Origin: an uncultured Ignavibacteriales bacterium
Lineage (GTDB): Bacteria; Zixibacteria; MSB-5A5; GN15; FEB-12
NCBI GenBank assembly: GCA_964397415.1
Contig: CAYNIJ010000011.1
Span: 19,197-83,196 of the forward strand
Direction: 5' to 3'
Length of the DNA: 64,000 nucleotides
The translations under genes and the position numbers were made by a program. Below are positions 9,561 through 19,238 of this stretch, in pieces. The first letter of the stretch is position 1. The number at the start of each line of letters is the position of its first letter. The notes beneath the pieces were generated by a model. The model was not told the origin of the DNA. It searched no databases and was given only the letters and a program-made list of their open reading frames with translations.

Positions 9561-10097
9561 ATGGCGAAGGTGCAGTTGTCACGCGAGCAACTTCGCGAAC
9601 GATTCCGGAATATCAGACTCCTCGCGTTGGATGTCGACGGTGTGCTGACCGATGATTCCATCTATTTCGGGCCGGACGGTTTTGAGATGAAGCGCTTCAA
9701 TATCTCCGATGGCTTTTTCATGGTGCTGGCGATGCGAAGCGGCCTCGAGCTGGCCATAGTGTCAGGGAGATACTCTCCGGCAACCGACACGCGGATGAAG
9801 GACCTCGGCCTAAAGCATGTGCTTCAGGGGAAGAAAAACAAAGTTGACTTGATCCAGCCCCTTCTGGACGAGCTGAATCTCTCCTTTGACGAAGTCGCGT
9901 TTGTGGGAAATGAACTTCTGGATATTGGATTGGCGCAACGAGTCGGGCTTCCGATAGGAGTGAAAAACTCCGCTCGGGAGTATCTTGAGGTCGTTGAATT
10001 CGTCACCGAGAAATCCGGGGGAAGTGGCGCGGTGCGCGAAGTGATCGAGATCTATTTTGAGGCGGTCGGCAAGAAACCGATCGACTATGTGATATGA
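9561..10097 (+). CDS. kdsC: 3-deoxy-D-manno-octulosonate 8-phosphate phosphatase (HAD)
   Basis: Start abuts the kdsA stop. HAD motif I is present in LLALDVDGVLTD. Length and context fit KdsC. Confidence 0.85.
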   Translation: MAKVQLSREQLRERFRNIRLLALDVDGVLTDDSIYFGPDGFEMKRFNISDGFFMVLAMRSGLELAIVSGRYSPATDTRMKDLGLKHVLQGKKNKVDLIQPLLDELNLSFDEVAFVGNELLDIGLAQRVGLPIGVKNSAREYLEVVEFVTEKSGGSGAVREVIEIYFEAVGKKPIDYVI

Positions 10098-11065
10098 AGC
10101 CTGAAGATCTGGTCGCCTACGCCCAATCAGTGATCCGTCAGGAAGCTGCCTCGGTGGCTGCCATGGCGGATCGTCTGAATGGCTCGTTTAACGCCGCGGT
10201 CCAGGCGATCATGGAATGCAAGGGGCGCGTGATCGTAGCGGGAATGGGGAAATCTGGCCTTATCGGCCGCAAGATCACCGCGACTTTCAATTCGACCGGC
10301 GTGTCATCGTTCTTTCTGCACCCCGCCGAAGCGGTGCATGGTGATCTGGGCTTGGTACGCTCCGATGATATCATGTTGCTTATCTCCAAATCCGGCCAGA
10401 TCGATGACTTGGCGTATATCATTGCCGCGGCCAAACGGATCGGTGTACCGATCATCGTCCTAAACGGCACGCCGAACTCTCCGCTCGCGCAGAAGGCGGA
10501 CATTGTGCTCGACTGTTCGGTCGAGATGGAAGCGTGCCCGAACAATGTGGTGCCGACATCATCGTCGACCGCCGCGCTGGTGATGGGGGATGCTCTCGCT
10601 CTGGCGCTGGTCAAAGCGCGCAATTTCTCGATGGAAGAACTGGCAAGTTACCATCCGGCCGGGTTTATCGGCAGGCGTTTGCTGAAGCAAGTGTCTGAAG
10701 TACACCACTCGGGCGAGGAACTACCGATCATCGACCCCCATGCCAAGATAACAGAGATGCTTTTGGAGATGACCTCCAAGCGGCTCGGGTGTGTGTTTAC
10801 GATCGACAACGATGGCAAGCCGACCGGGATATTCACCGATGGGGATCTGCGAAGATTACTCGAGCGCGGCAAGGACTTCTTCACTCTGACCGCCGATGAG
10901 GCGATGCACCGAAATCCGAAATCGATCTCTGAATCGGCCATCCTGGATGCGGCGCTGGCCATGATGGAACGATACTCCATCACGCAATTGGGAACAGTGT
11001 CGCCGGACGGACGGTTGGTCGGCGTGATCCATCTGCACGATATTCTGAAATCGAAATTGGTGTAA
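10094..11065 (+). CDS. kdsD: arabinose-5-phosphate isomerase (SIS + tandem CBS)
   Basis: ATGA overlap with kdsC. SIS motif GMGKSG and C-terminal CBS pair. Confidence 0.9.
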   Translation: MKPEDLVAYAQSVIRQEAASVAAMADRLNGSFNAAVQAIMECKGRVIVAGMGKSGLIGRKITATFNSTGVSSFFLHPAEAVHGDLGLVRSDDIMLLISKSGQIDDLAYIIAAAKRIGVPIIVLNGTPNSPLAQKADIVLDCSVEMEACPNNVVPTSSSTAALVMGDALALALVKARNFSMEELASYHPAGFIGRRLLKQVSEVHHSGEELPIIDPHAKITEMLLEMTSKRLGCVFTIDNDGKPTGIFTDGDLRRLLERGKDFFTLTADEAMHRNPKSISESAILDAALAMMERYSITQLGTVSPDGRLVGVIHLHDILKSKLV

Positions 11066-11122
11066 CCGGTTTAGCAGTCAATCCGGGCGTTTCACATACA
11101 CCCTCCTCATTTGGAGCAACGG

Positions 11123-11752
11123 ATGTTTGACCTTTCGCAGCTTGCTATTTTCATGGCGGCGACGCTGGCGCTCAACTTAACTCCCGGACCGGATATGCTC
11201 TACACCGCCACACGTTCTCTGGGTCAGGGGAAACGGGCCGGGGTAGCATCGGCACTCGGGATAGGTGCCGGGACGATAGTACATATAATTGCGGCGACAT
11301 TAGGTTTGTCGGCTGTGCTCTCTTACTCCGCGGTGACATTCATGGCTATCAAGTATCTCGGGGCGGCGTATCTCATCTACCTTGGCATCAAGACCTTTAG
11401 GAACAAAGAGCAGTTACATTTGGGGAAAAATGTCGCGCGCGAAAGCACCCGTCGGATATTCTGGCAGGGGGTAGTGACCAATATCCTCAATCCGAAAGTG
11501 GCGCTGTTCTTCCTGTCGTTTTTGCCGCAGTTTGTCAATCCTGAGCGCGGATCCGTGGGGTTACAACTGGCCACACTCGGGATCATGTTTGATATTTCCG
11601 GTGTGACGGTATTGTTGATCGTTGCGTTCGCGGTGGGGCATGCATCGGGCTGGCTGGAGAGCAAACCGACCTTTTGGAAAGTACAGAAGTGGTTCACCGG
11701 CTCGGTCTTTATTGCGCTGGGCGCGCGCCTCGCGTTAGCCGACCGGAAATAG
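11123..11752 (+). CDS. LysE/RhtB family amino-acid exporter
   Basis: ATG 11123 with GGAG 6 nt upstream. N-terminal ..LTPGPDMLY.. is the LysE-family signature. Confidence 0.8.
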   Translation: MFDLSQLAIFMAATLALNLTPGPDMLYTATRSLGQGKRAGVASALGIGAGTIVHIIAATLGLSAVLSYSAVTFMAIKYLGAAYLIYLGIKTFRNKEQLHLGKNVARESTRRIFWQGVVTNILNPKVALFFLSFLPQFVNPERGSVGLQLATLGIMFDISGVTVLLIVAFAVGHASGWLESKPTFWKVQKWFTGSVFIALGARLALADRK

Positions 11753-11781
11753 GGAATTCTGAAAGAAGTGGCGACAGTCAG

Positions 11782-12696
11782 ATGCCTTCGCGTGTGCTGA
11801 AAAGATCAAAAAACACTCTCATCTACTACCTGACGCGTCTGCTCATCTGGAACTTGAATATTCTCCCACGATCATGGGCTATTCGAATTGGTGCATGGCT
11901 TGGCAAGTTGGCCTGGCGGATGATCGACCGGGACCGCCAGCGAACGCATGACAATCTGCAGATCGCCTATGGCGACAAGCTGTCATACGCGGAGCGCGAA
12001 GAGATCGGCCGGCAGTTCTTCATTAATAGCGGAATGAACCTGGTCGATGTCCTTCGATTCAGGAAGCACTTCCAGTCAGAGATCAGACCTCTGGTGGAGA
12101 TCGAGGGTAGAGAGTATTTCGAGGCCGCGTATCGTCGAGGGAAGGGAATATTCGGAGTCACCGGACATCTCGGTAATTTCGAGCTATTGGCCGCGTATAT
12201 GCAGTCACTCGGGTATGAGTGCGCGGTGATCGGGCGGGAGATGTACGACAAACGGCTTAACGAATTGTTGGTGAAGAACCGTGAATCAACCGGCCTGATG
12301 AATATTGCGACAACTGATTCCCCGAAAAAGATAGTTGGCTGGCTTCGGAAAGGCGGGGTGATCGGGGTATTGATAGATATTGACTCGATGCGGGTGCGAT
12401 CGGCATTTGTGCCTTTCTTCGGAAAGCCGGCGAATACGCCTATCGGTCAGAGTATTATCGCGGTGAAGACCGGGGCGGCCTTGGTACCGATTGCTTGCCT
12501 TCGAATGCCCGGTGACCGGTATAAGGTAGTGATCCGTCCGGAGATAACATTTGAACGGACGGGGGATGTTGAAAAGGACGCAATTACCGCTACCGTGCTC
12601 TGCACCAAGGCGTTAGAGGAATTAATCGATGCCCACCGCAACCAATGGATGTGGATTCATACACGCTGGAATACCCGCCCCGAAAAGATGCCTTGA
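11782..12696 (+). CDS. lipid A biosynthesis (lauroyl/Kdo-dependent) acyltransferase family protein
   Basis: ATG 11782. HtrB/LpxL-like with an HX4E-type motif in GVTGHLGNFELL. Sits between the kds genes and lptC. Confidence 0.75.
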   Translation: MPSRVLKRSKNTLIYYLTRLLIWNLNILPRSWAIRIGAWLGKLAWRMIDRDRQRTHDNLQIAYGDKLSYAEREEIGRQFFINSGMNLVDVLRFRKHFQSEIRPLVEIEGREYFEAAYRRGKGIFGVTGHLGNFELLAAYMQSLGYECAVIGREMYDKRLNELLVKNRESTGLMNIATTDSPKKIVGWLRKGGVIGVLIDIDSMRVRSAFVPFFGKPANTPIGQSIIAVKTGAALVPIACLRMPGDRYKVVIRPEITFERTGDVEKDAITATVLCTKALEELIDAHRNQWMWIHTRWNTRPEKMP

Positions 12697-12732
12697 CTCT
12701 CCCCTGATAATTCCCATGTTGTCTGCCGATAG

Positions 12733-13302
12733 ATGAAGACTGATATGGGAATGTACCGAAAGATCATCCTGACCGGCATTTTGGCCGTGGCGCTTGGCAG
12801 CTGCTCCAATCATGAGAGTGCCACCAAGACCGACATTGTGGTCGACTCGACCCGTCCCGACACCGAAATGCGCGGGGCAACGATCGATCTGCTTGAAGGG
12901 GAACGCGTTACCACGCGTATCAACGCCGATCGGATAATCAAGTTCGACGCCAAAGATTCCACCATGGGGTATAAAGTGCACGCCGAGTTCTTCGATTCTC
13001 TCGGGCATGTCAACTCTATCCTGGATGGCGATTCCGCGCTTATCAGAGAGACCACTAATCATTTGCATGTCTATGGGCACGTGGTGGTTGTATCGGAAGA
13101 GAAATCGATGCTCGAGACCGATTACCTGCACTGGAATCCGGATATTGAGAAGATACAGACGGACGCGTTCGTCAAGGTGACCCGCAAAGGAGATGTGGTA
13201 ACCGGCTGGGGTCTGGAAGCTGACCAGAAGTTGACCCGCATCAAGGTACTTAATCAGGTTTCCGGCACGATCCATAACACCGATGAGATAGATAGCATGT
13301 AA
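12733..13302 (+). CDS. lptC: LPS export system protein LptC-like lipoprotein
   Basis: 189 aa with signal/lipobox ..LAVALGSC. The pattern of beta-jellyroll strands (..HLHVYGHVVVVSEE..LETDYLHWNP..) resembles LptC. The long antisense ORF 12622-13350 was rejected. Confidence 0.6.
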   Translation: MKTDMGMYRKIILTGILAVALGSCSNHESATKTDIVVDSTRPDTEMRGATIDLLEGERVTTRINADRIIKFDAKDSTMGYKVHAEFFDSLGHVNSILDGDSALIRETTNHLHVYGHVVVVSEEKSMLETDYLHWNPDIEKIQTDAFVKVTRKGDVVTGWGLEADQKLTRIKVLNQVSGTIHNTDEIDSM

Positions 13303-13350
13303 TAGACCTGGCAGACGAGGGCATCTGCCGCGCATCGATGAGTTATCCAC

Positions 13351-13376
13351 AACCGGCTTACCAGCCGGTTTTTTTA
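13351..13376 (+). terminator. rho-independent terminator after lptC
   Basis: AACCGGCT-TACC-AGCCGGTT followed by T7. Confidence 0.8.
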
Positions 13377-13523
13377 TGAGATTTCAGCCTACCTCTCGTT
13401 TTTCCTTGCCGAAGTGGGACAGTTTTGGTTTACTGTTATCCCGGAATGAATATCCCACATGAATTTCAATCATCTCGTCTTTCGCATGGAAGGGAGCAGT
13501 CTGTGCAGAATCGATTCAGGGAG

Positions 13524-14045
13524 ATGGATTGCTTTGTCCTCGCCGGGGGGAAAAGCAATCAGGAGAGAGATTTTCAGCCCGATGGTGACCTGACGCGCCT
13601 TGAGCGGGGGTACCGTCGCTACGCAGCGGTCTTTGAGCGTGTGACGCTGGTGCTGAAAAAGGACCAGGCGCGCGAGCGGTATCTCAACTATCCGTATGTA
13701 TGCGACGAATCAACCGAGCATGGCGCGGTGCACGGGATTGAAGAAGCATTACGGCAGTCGGGGTCGGATGCGGTTTTTATCGGTTCGACCGAGATCCGTG
13801 ATTTCCCGCTCGAACTGGTGGTGGAACTGGTCAGGAATTACCAGGGAGAGTCTTTCCTGGGCTACCAGTCGAGTCACCTGGGAGTGGCGCAACCGCTGTT
13901 CGGGATCTACAGCAAGAAGCTGGTGGATTCATTGAACGAGGCGAAAGCACAGGATCTGAACGAGCTGATGCAGTTGTTGGCGCGTGAAGGGAAGTTGCTT
14001 CCGCTGCCGGATCCGACACTGGCTGAACAGCTCAATCTGCGCTAG
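13524..14045 (+). CDS. MobA-like NTP transferase (molybdenum cofactor guanylyltransferase-like)
   Basis: ATG 13524 gives MDCFVLAGGKS.. (LAGGxS motif). ..QPLFGIYSKKL.. resembles MobA. An alternative earlier start at 13446 is possible. Confidence 0.5.
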   Translation: MDCFVLAGGKSNQERDFQPDGDLTRLERGYRRYAAVFERVTLVLKKDQARERYLNYPYVCDESTEHGAVHGIEEALRQSGSDAVFIGSTEIRDFPLELVVELVRNYQGESFLGYQSSHLGVAQPLFGIYSKKLVDSLNEAKAQDLNELMQLLAREGKLLPLPDPTLAEQLNLR

Positions 14046-14063
14046 TTGGTATCATATTCGATA

Positions 14064-14115
14064 CCCCGTCCGCTGAGGATTCTCAGGCGGCATGGGGGGC
14101 TATTTTTCTCTTTTC
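14064..14115 (+). terminator. terminator-like hairpin after the MobA-like gene
   Basis: CCGCTGAG-GATT-CTCAG(G)CGG, extended by CCCC/GGGG, then CTATTTTTCTCTTTT. Confidence 0.6.
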
Positions 14116-14196
14116 CCCTCCCACTCAACTCAATTCCTTATCTGGACATCTTAAGTTCAGCTTTTTTGCTCTTCAATCAATCCGAGCACGCAAGAC

Positions 14197-14225
14197 TTGG
14201 CGAGCGAAGCGCGGCTCCTTATATT
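14197..14225 (+). promoter_or_regulatory. candidate sigma70-type promoter for comEA-like operon
   Basis: TTGGCG-N17-TATATT, 25 nt upstream of ATG 14250. Confidence 0.3.
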
Positions 14226-14249
14226 GCGTACGTATCCTAAGGGAGTCCG

Positions 14250-14624
14250 ATGTCTCGACTTGCGGAATTCTTCGACTATACCCCGACGCAACTCAAGGCG
14301 ATGGGGATACTGACCTTGACAGCACTGTTGCTTACCGGGTATCTACTCGTTCGCTCATATGCGGAGCCTACGGCGCAGGCCGTCTCAATGCCGGTTTTCC
14401 TTTCTGAAGAAGCGAAGTTCACGGGCATATTCCTGGTGGACCCGAATACGTCGCCGGCCGATTCACTTGAACTGCTGCCGGGGATAGGCAGGACACTGGC
14501 TGACAGGATAGTGGAATACCGGCAGCAACACCGGTTCGAGCAGGAAATCGATATCACCGAAGTGAAAGGAATAGGCCCGAAACTATACGAACGGATCAAG
14601 CCATACCTGAGGATAAAACGGTGA
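14250..14624 (+). CDS. ComEA-family helix-hairpin-helix DNA-binding protein
   Basis: N-terminal TM helix. C-terminal HhH pair LELLPGIGRTLADRIVEYR..ITEVKGIGPKLYERIKP. Confidence 0.75.
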   Translation: MSRLAEFFDYTPTQLKAMGILTLTALLLTGYLLVRSYAEPTAQAVSMPVFLSEEAKFTGIFLVDPNTSPADSLELLPGIGRTLADRIVEYRQQHRFEQEIDITEVKGIGPKLYERIKPYLRIKR

Positions 14625-15454
14625 GCGCAGTTCTCGGAATAGACCTCCGCGGGTCGAGTATCTGCACCGCCTCGGTCGGCGAGACCGATGGCCGCACAAC
14701 GATTCTCTGGCTCTCGCAGACACCGTCATCTGAAAAGATCCAGTTTCCGGACAAGGTTACACTGGCGCTTGCTCTACCGGATGATGCGGTGATGGTGAAG
14801 TATTACCTGATGCCATCGGTATCCGGAAGCGACATAGGACTTCGGCTGCAATTCGAAATGGAGCAGTCGTTATTGGATGACGCGAGTCTCTTCAGGTTTG
14901 ACTCGATCAAGTCGGGTCTGACGGATAGGTACCTCGGATTGATCTGCCGCAAAACAGCAATCGCGGAAATGCAGAAGACGGTTGGGATCCCGGAGGATGC
15001 TTCCACATTGGCTCTGTCTCGAGGTGTGGCGCTGGGACGAGGCTTCCGCGCCTTCTGCAAAATGCCCGGCGGCGAACTTGCCGGAGTGATCGATATCGCG
15101 CCACGCACGCTGACTTTCTGCCTGCTCTATCGCGGTGAAGTAACCGCGCTGGGACACCTCAAACTCGATGGGTATGACCTAGCGGATGAGCAGTCAGTCA
15201 AACGAGTGGCTATGGAGATAAAGACGCTGGTAGCTTTCAAGCTGGCATCGCTCGCTGAGATAGGGCTGACGATCCCAATGTCATCATTGTCACTCTCAGG
15301 CGATGTGAACGAGTTGCTGGTCGATCAGTTAGCGAAGTACTTCCCATCCGGACTGCAGAGAGCTGAGGTGACTCGTGCGGCCTTGGGCCCCGGACTCGAC
15401 ACTTCACACCGCCCGGAGCTGTTCCTTCCGGCCCTGGGAATGACGGTCATTTAG
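14621..15454 (+). CDS. hypothetical protein, weak PilM/actin-like ATPase resemblance
   Basis: GTG start in a GTGA overlap with the comEA-like stop. N-terminus LGIDLRGSSICTA resembles the PilM/FtsA phosphate-1 motif. Function uncertain. Confidence 0.4.
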   Translation: MSAVLGIDLRGSSICTASVGETDGRTTILWLSQTPSSEKIQFPDKVTLALALPDDAVMVKYYLMPSVSGSDIGLRLQFEMEQSLLDDASLFRFDSIKSGLTDRYLGLICRKTAIAEMQKTVGIPEDASTLALSRGVALGRGFRAFCKMPGGELAGVIDIAPRTLTFCLLYRGEVTALGHLKLDGYDLADEQSVKRVAMEIKTLVAFKLASLAEIGLTIPMSSLSLSGDVNELLVDQLAKYFPSGLQRAEVTRAALGPGLDTSHRPELFLPALGMTVI

Positions 15455-15518
15455 CTTGCCAGCGACAGAGACGATCGGTATGTTTTTTCAACTGACAGAT
15501 GAAACCTGAGACATTCAT

Positions 15519-16040
15519 ATGGCACTTGCACACAAACGACGCGCGGTTTACCCAGGGTCATTCGACCCGACCACCAATGGACATCTCTCGCTCATCGAAC
15601 GGGGCTCATGGCTCTTCGATGAGTTGATCGTAGCGGTCGCGACCGCTCCGAGCAAGAACCTTCTTTTCACGGCCGAGGAACGTCTCGGGTTCATGAAGCA
15701 GTCAGTAGCGAAACTGCAGAACGCGAAACGGATCAAAGTTGTCGGATTCGATGGCCTATTGGCGGACTTCGTGCAGGAGATCAAGGCGCATGCGATCATC
15801 CGCGGACTCAGAGCGGTATCGGATTTCGAGTATGAATTCCAGATGGCGCTAATGAACCGCAAGCTGGCGCGCGAAGTGGAGACGGTTTTTTTGATGCCGT
15901 CGCTATCGTGGGTGTATCTCTCTTCTTCGATAGTACGCGAGGTCGCCAAGAACGGCGGCGATGTGACAGGTCTGGTCCCGACTCCGGTGAAGCAGGCACT
16001 GGTGAGGAAGTTTAGGAGTAATTCTAAGCGTAACCGTTGA
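15519..16040 (+). CDS. coaD: pantetheine-phosphate adenylyltransferase
   Basis: AVYPGSFDPTTNGHLSLIERG is the canonical PPAT (T/H)xGH motif. Size of 173 aa fits. Confidence 0.9.
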   Translation: MALAHKRRAVYPGSFDPTTNGHLSLIERGSWLFDELIVAVATAPSKNLLFTAEERLGFMKQSVAKLQNAKRIKVVGFDGLLADFVQEIKAHAIIRGLRAVSDFEYEFQMALMNRKLAREVETVFLMPSLSWVYLSSSIVREVAKNGGDVTGLVPTPVKQALVRKFRSNSKRNR

Positions 16041-16066
16041 GCATTGTCTATTCTATGGCACGTCCT

Positions 16067-16621
16067 TCAGTGATGATGGTTGTGCTCCGACTCCCACAAT
16101 TCGCATTCCCCCCTGTTTATCGCATAGCGGTTGCATGGCATCCCGAAGTAGACAGTCCGGGCGGTGAAAGTCATCCCCAATTTCTCCACCACCCGTATTG
16201 AGGCGCGGTTTTCCGGATGAATGATAGCCACCAGTTCTTGCAGGTCCAGATTCTCAAACGCCCAGTGTTGGCTGGCGACAGCCGCTTCGGTGGTCAAACC
16301 CTGGCCCCAACTTGGTTTGGCAAGCAGGTAGCCGATCTCAATTTCATCGGTATCCGGCAGATACTGTAGTCCACACCATCCGACCAATCGTCCATCCGGC
16401 GGAAAGCCGATCACCCACCGTCCGTAGCCAAAGCGTGTCCAATGCTCGATCTGGAAATGAACATCCCGTTCGACCGCCTCCCGGGGCGGCGGGGTAGTGC
16501 GGGGGAAGTAGCGAAGAACGTCACTCTCGGCCTGTATCCGAGTCAACGGATCAACGTCCTCAAGAAAGAACGGGCGTAGCATCACCCGTGGAAGGTGCAG
16601 GGTCGGAGCGACAATGAACAT
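16067..16621 (-). CDS. GNAT family N-acetyltransferase (RimJ/RimL-like)
   Basis: Start set at ATG 16621 (MFIVAPTLHLPRVMLRPF..). GNAT motif A region ..LLAKPSWGQGLTTEA... Confidence 0.75.
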   Translation of the reverse strand: MFIVAPTLHLPRVMLRPFFLEDVDPLTRIQAESDVLRYFPRTTPPPREAVERDVHFQIEHWTRFGYGRWVIGFPPDGRLVGWCGLQYLPDTDEIEIGYLLAKPSWGQGLTTEAAVASQHWAFENLDLQELVAIIHPENRASIRVVEKLGMTFTARTVYFGMPCNRYAINRGECELWESEHNHHH

Positions 16622-16771
16622 GACTTTCCCCAATCGGCTACAGTGTTCGAACCTGGCGAGTGAGGGTCGCAGATAAGATACTCTATGATACGGGAAATGA
16701 AAACAGAGAGTTTCGGTGGGAGGGTGGCGAGGGGGGATCGTTTCCGACCCCACTCCTCGGAGACTCATGTT

Positions 16772-17185
16772 CTACTGCTTCTGGACGCGGAAATTGAGCG
16801 TACCGTAGCAGTTGGCCAGCGAAACACGGATTCGCCAGTTGCCCGCAACGCCCGCCGCAGTCGAAGGAGTCCCGGTTGCCAGGAGATCACTCTGGTAAAC
16901 CTGTGTTCCATCGGCGTCAAAGACGGTTATGACTGTTGTTCCGGAATCGACCGCAGAGGAATGATCGACAGATGCCAGAGTACCGGAATTCGACCAGAAA
17001 TACTGCACGGTGGTTGAGACATTCTCGACTGCGGTTGCCTGGAAAGCGAAGTTGTCGGGGTTATTGACGATCTCGGGCTGGAAAGCGCTCAAGGGAGCAT
17101 TCGGTTTGTCGCTGCCGCATCCGGTAAGCATGACCATGAGACAGATCATGGTGCAGAGAGATGAGATGGAGAAGGTTCTCGACAT
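16772..17185 (-). CDS. hypothetical lipoprotein
   Basis: ATG 17185 with AGGAGA upstream and a lipobox (VMLTGC). No family recognised. Confidence 0.55.
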   Translation of the reverse strand: MSRTFSISSLCTMICLMVMLTGCGSDKPNAPLSAFQPEIVNNPDNFAFQATAVENVSTTVQYFWSNSGTLASVDHSSAVDSGTTVITVFDADGTQVYQSDLLATGTPSTAAGVAGNWRIRVSLANCYGTLNFRVQKQ

Positions 17186-17407
17186 AGGATTCTCCTGCAT
17201 TGAGGTTGGCCATCGAGGACTACATGACTCTTTTATATCTATATATACTGTCGGCAAACCGGGACGGTTTCTTTGGGAGATTCAAAACTGGACCGGACCA
17301 CCTAACGCCCCGAAATTGCACAGCTCCAAACCGCTACTTGGCAACGGGATTGGTTTCCCCTATATTGTTCGCTTCGCGACATTGCGATTGACCAATGGAG
17401 AGATTCG

Positions 17408-18985
17408 ATGAGTGACCACCAGCACAAGCCTGCCCCGGATACTACCGGCGCGGAGAATGAAATACACCTCCCCCTGGCGGACTTGATACGGATCCGTCGA
17501 CAGAAGATCGCCCAGTTCAAACAACAGCAGATCGAGCCGTACCCGTACAAATACGACCGGACGCACAGCATCGCCGAACTGCAGGAGCAGTTTGATACCC
17601 TGGCGGCCAACGAGATAACCGTCCGGCTGGCCGGCCGTATCATGCTGAAGCGAAAAATGGGGAAAGCGATCTTTGCGGATGTACGCGATGTCGCGGCCAA
17701 GCTCCAATTGTATGTCAAGATCGACAATGTCGGACAGGCCGGATTCGATAACTTCGACCTGCTTGATATGGGAGATATAGTCGGCGCCGAGGGTTCACTT
17801 TTTATTACCCGAACCGGCGAACGGACACTCAAGGTCAACTCGTGGGAGCTTCTGTCCAAGTCGCTCCATCCGCTACCGGATAAGCATGCCGGGTTGACCG
17901 ATGTGGAGATCCGCTATCGCCGCCGGTACGCCGACCTGATCATTAATCCGGAAGTTCGCGAAGTTTTCGTCAAGCGGACGAAGATAATACAGATAGTGCG
18001 TGACTTCCTGAATTCACGCGGGTTTCTCGAAGTGGAGACCCCCATCCTACAGCCGCTGTACGGTGGAGCTTCGGCTCGACCATTCAAAACGCATCATAAT
18101 GCGCTGGATATCCCACTCTATATGCGGATCGCCGATGAGCTGTATCTCAAGCGGTTGATCGTCGGCGGCTACGAAAAGGTCTGGGAGTTCTGCAAAGATT
18201 TTCGGAACGAAGGGATGGATAGGAAGCATAACCCCGAGTTCAGCATGATCGAACTGTACTGGGCGTATGCGGACTATCACGACATGGCCGCGTTCTACGA
18301 AGAGATGCTGCGCCACACGGTCCATGCCGTTTTTGGCTCGCACAAGGTGACCTACGACGGCCAGGAGATAGATTTTGGGCCGCAATTCCGCTGGATCAGT
18401 ATGGTTGATTCGATCAAAGAAGCGACCGGGGTTGATTTCACCGATCTCTCGGATGCCGATGCCAAGGCCGCCGCACAGAAGCTCGGCGTACATGAGAAGG
18501 AAAAGCTTATCAATCGCGGGAAGGCGATCGAAGCAGTCTGGGAGCTGAAAGTCGAGCCGAATCTGATCCAGCCGACCTTCATCGCGGATCATCCGGTAGA
18601 GATATCACCGCTGGCGAAGCGTCACCGCAAGGATCCGCGTTTCACCGAACGGTTCGAACTATTCATCGCCGGCCAAGAGATGGGGAACGCATTCTCCGAG
18701 TTGAATGATCCAATGGATCAGCTTGGTCGGTTCCTCCAGCAGGGGAAGGCGATCGAACAAGGGGACGAAGAGGCACAGCCGTTGGATGACGATTTCATTA
18801 CGGCTCTGGCGTACGGCATGCCGCCGACCGCGGGGTTAGGATTTGGCATCGACCGGCTCGTGATGTTGTTGACCGACCAGCAGTCGATTCGCGATGTGTT
18901 ATTCTTCCCGCAGATGAAAGAGACCAAAGAAGGGTCAGTACCGGTTTCAAAGATACTGGCGCAGCTTTTGGAAGAAGAGAAATAG
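17408..18985 (+). CDS. lysS: lysine--tRNA ligase, class II
   Basis: 525 aa with the OB-fold N-domain and class II motifs (..FRNEG.., ..GGLGFGIDRLVM..). Confidence 0.95.
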   Translation: MSDHQHKPAPDTTGAENEIHLPLADLIRIRRQKIAQFKQQQIEPYPYKYDRTHSIAELQEQFDTLAANEITVRLAGRIMLKRKMGKAIFADVRDVAAKLQLYVKIDNVGQAGFDNFDLLDMGDIVGAEGSLFITRTGERTLKVNSWELLSKSLHPLPDKHAGLTDVEIRYRRRYADLIINPEVREVFVKRTKIIQIVRDFLNSRGFLEVETPILQPLYGGASARPFKTHHNALDIPLYMRIADELYLKRLIVGGYEKVWEFCKDFRNEGMDRKHNPEFSMIELYWAYADYHDMAAFYEEMLRHTVHAVFGSHKVTYDGQEIDFGPQFRWISMVDSIKEATGVDFTDLSDADAKAAAQKLGVHEKEKLINRGKAIEAVWELKVEPNLIQPTFIADHPVEISPLAKRHRKDPRFTERFELFIAGQEMGNAFSELNDPMDQLGRFLQQGKAIEQGDEEAQPLDDDFITALAYGMPPTAGLGFGIDRLVMLLTDQQSIRDVLFFPQMKETKEGSVPVSKILAQLLEEEK

Positions 18986-19020
18986 AGCATTCTGTCGGAA
19001 TATCAGTTGATTTGAATGTG

Positions 19021-19050
19021 AACGGGCAGGAGTGAATCCTGCCCGTTTCC
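19021..19050 (+). terminator. terminator-like hairpin after lysS
   Basis: AACGGGCAGG-AGTGAAT-CCTGCCCGTT followed by only a short T tract (TTTCC). Confidence 0.45.
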
Positions 19051-19238
19051 ATGATCACGGGTCAGGATTTCGGGGGCCGCACAGTCCGGGAGATTGTGTT
19101 CCTCGGTTACGCATTGCCCCACAATCGCTTAGTAGGGCCCAACTAATGCCGGTATCTCTTAAAACCAATTGATTTCTCTGTTTATCATCTGGTATGTTTC
19201 CATATAGACTGGATGGAGTGTATAACTCGCAGTAACTA

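Noticed and set aside
12622-13350. 242-aa ORF on the minus strand covering the whole lptC-like gene.
   Set aside because: No signal, motif or RBS, and its 5' end would run through the lptC terminator. The plus-strand ORF has a lipobox, fits the LPS context and is followed by a strong terminator.
14046-14240. 64-aa ORF between the MobA-like and ComEA-like genes.
   Set aside because: It uses a TTG start abutting the previous stop. It runs through a terminator-like hairpin and a pyrimidine-rich tract, and overlaps the promoter candidate.
17302-18592. Antisense ORFs within lysS (17302-17859, 17360-17707, 18047-18592).
   Set aside because: lysS is unambiguous. The antisense ORFs have no recognisable features.
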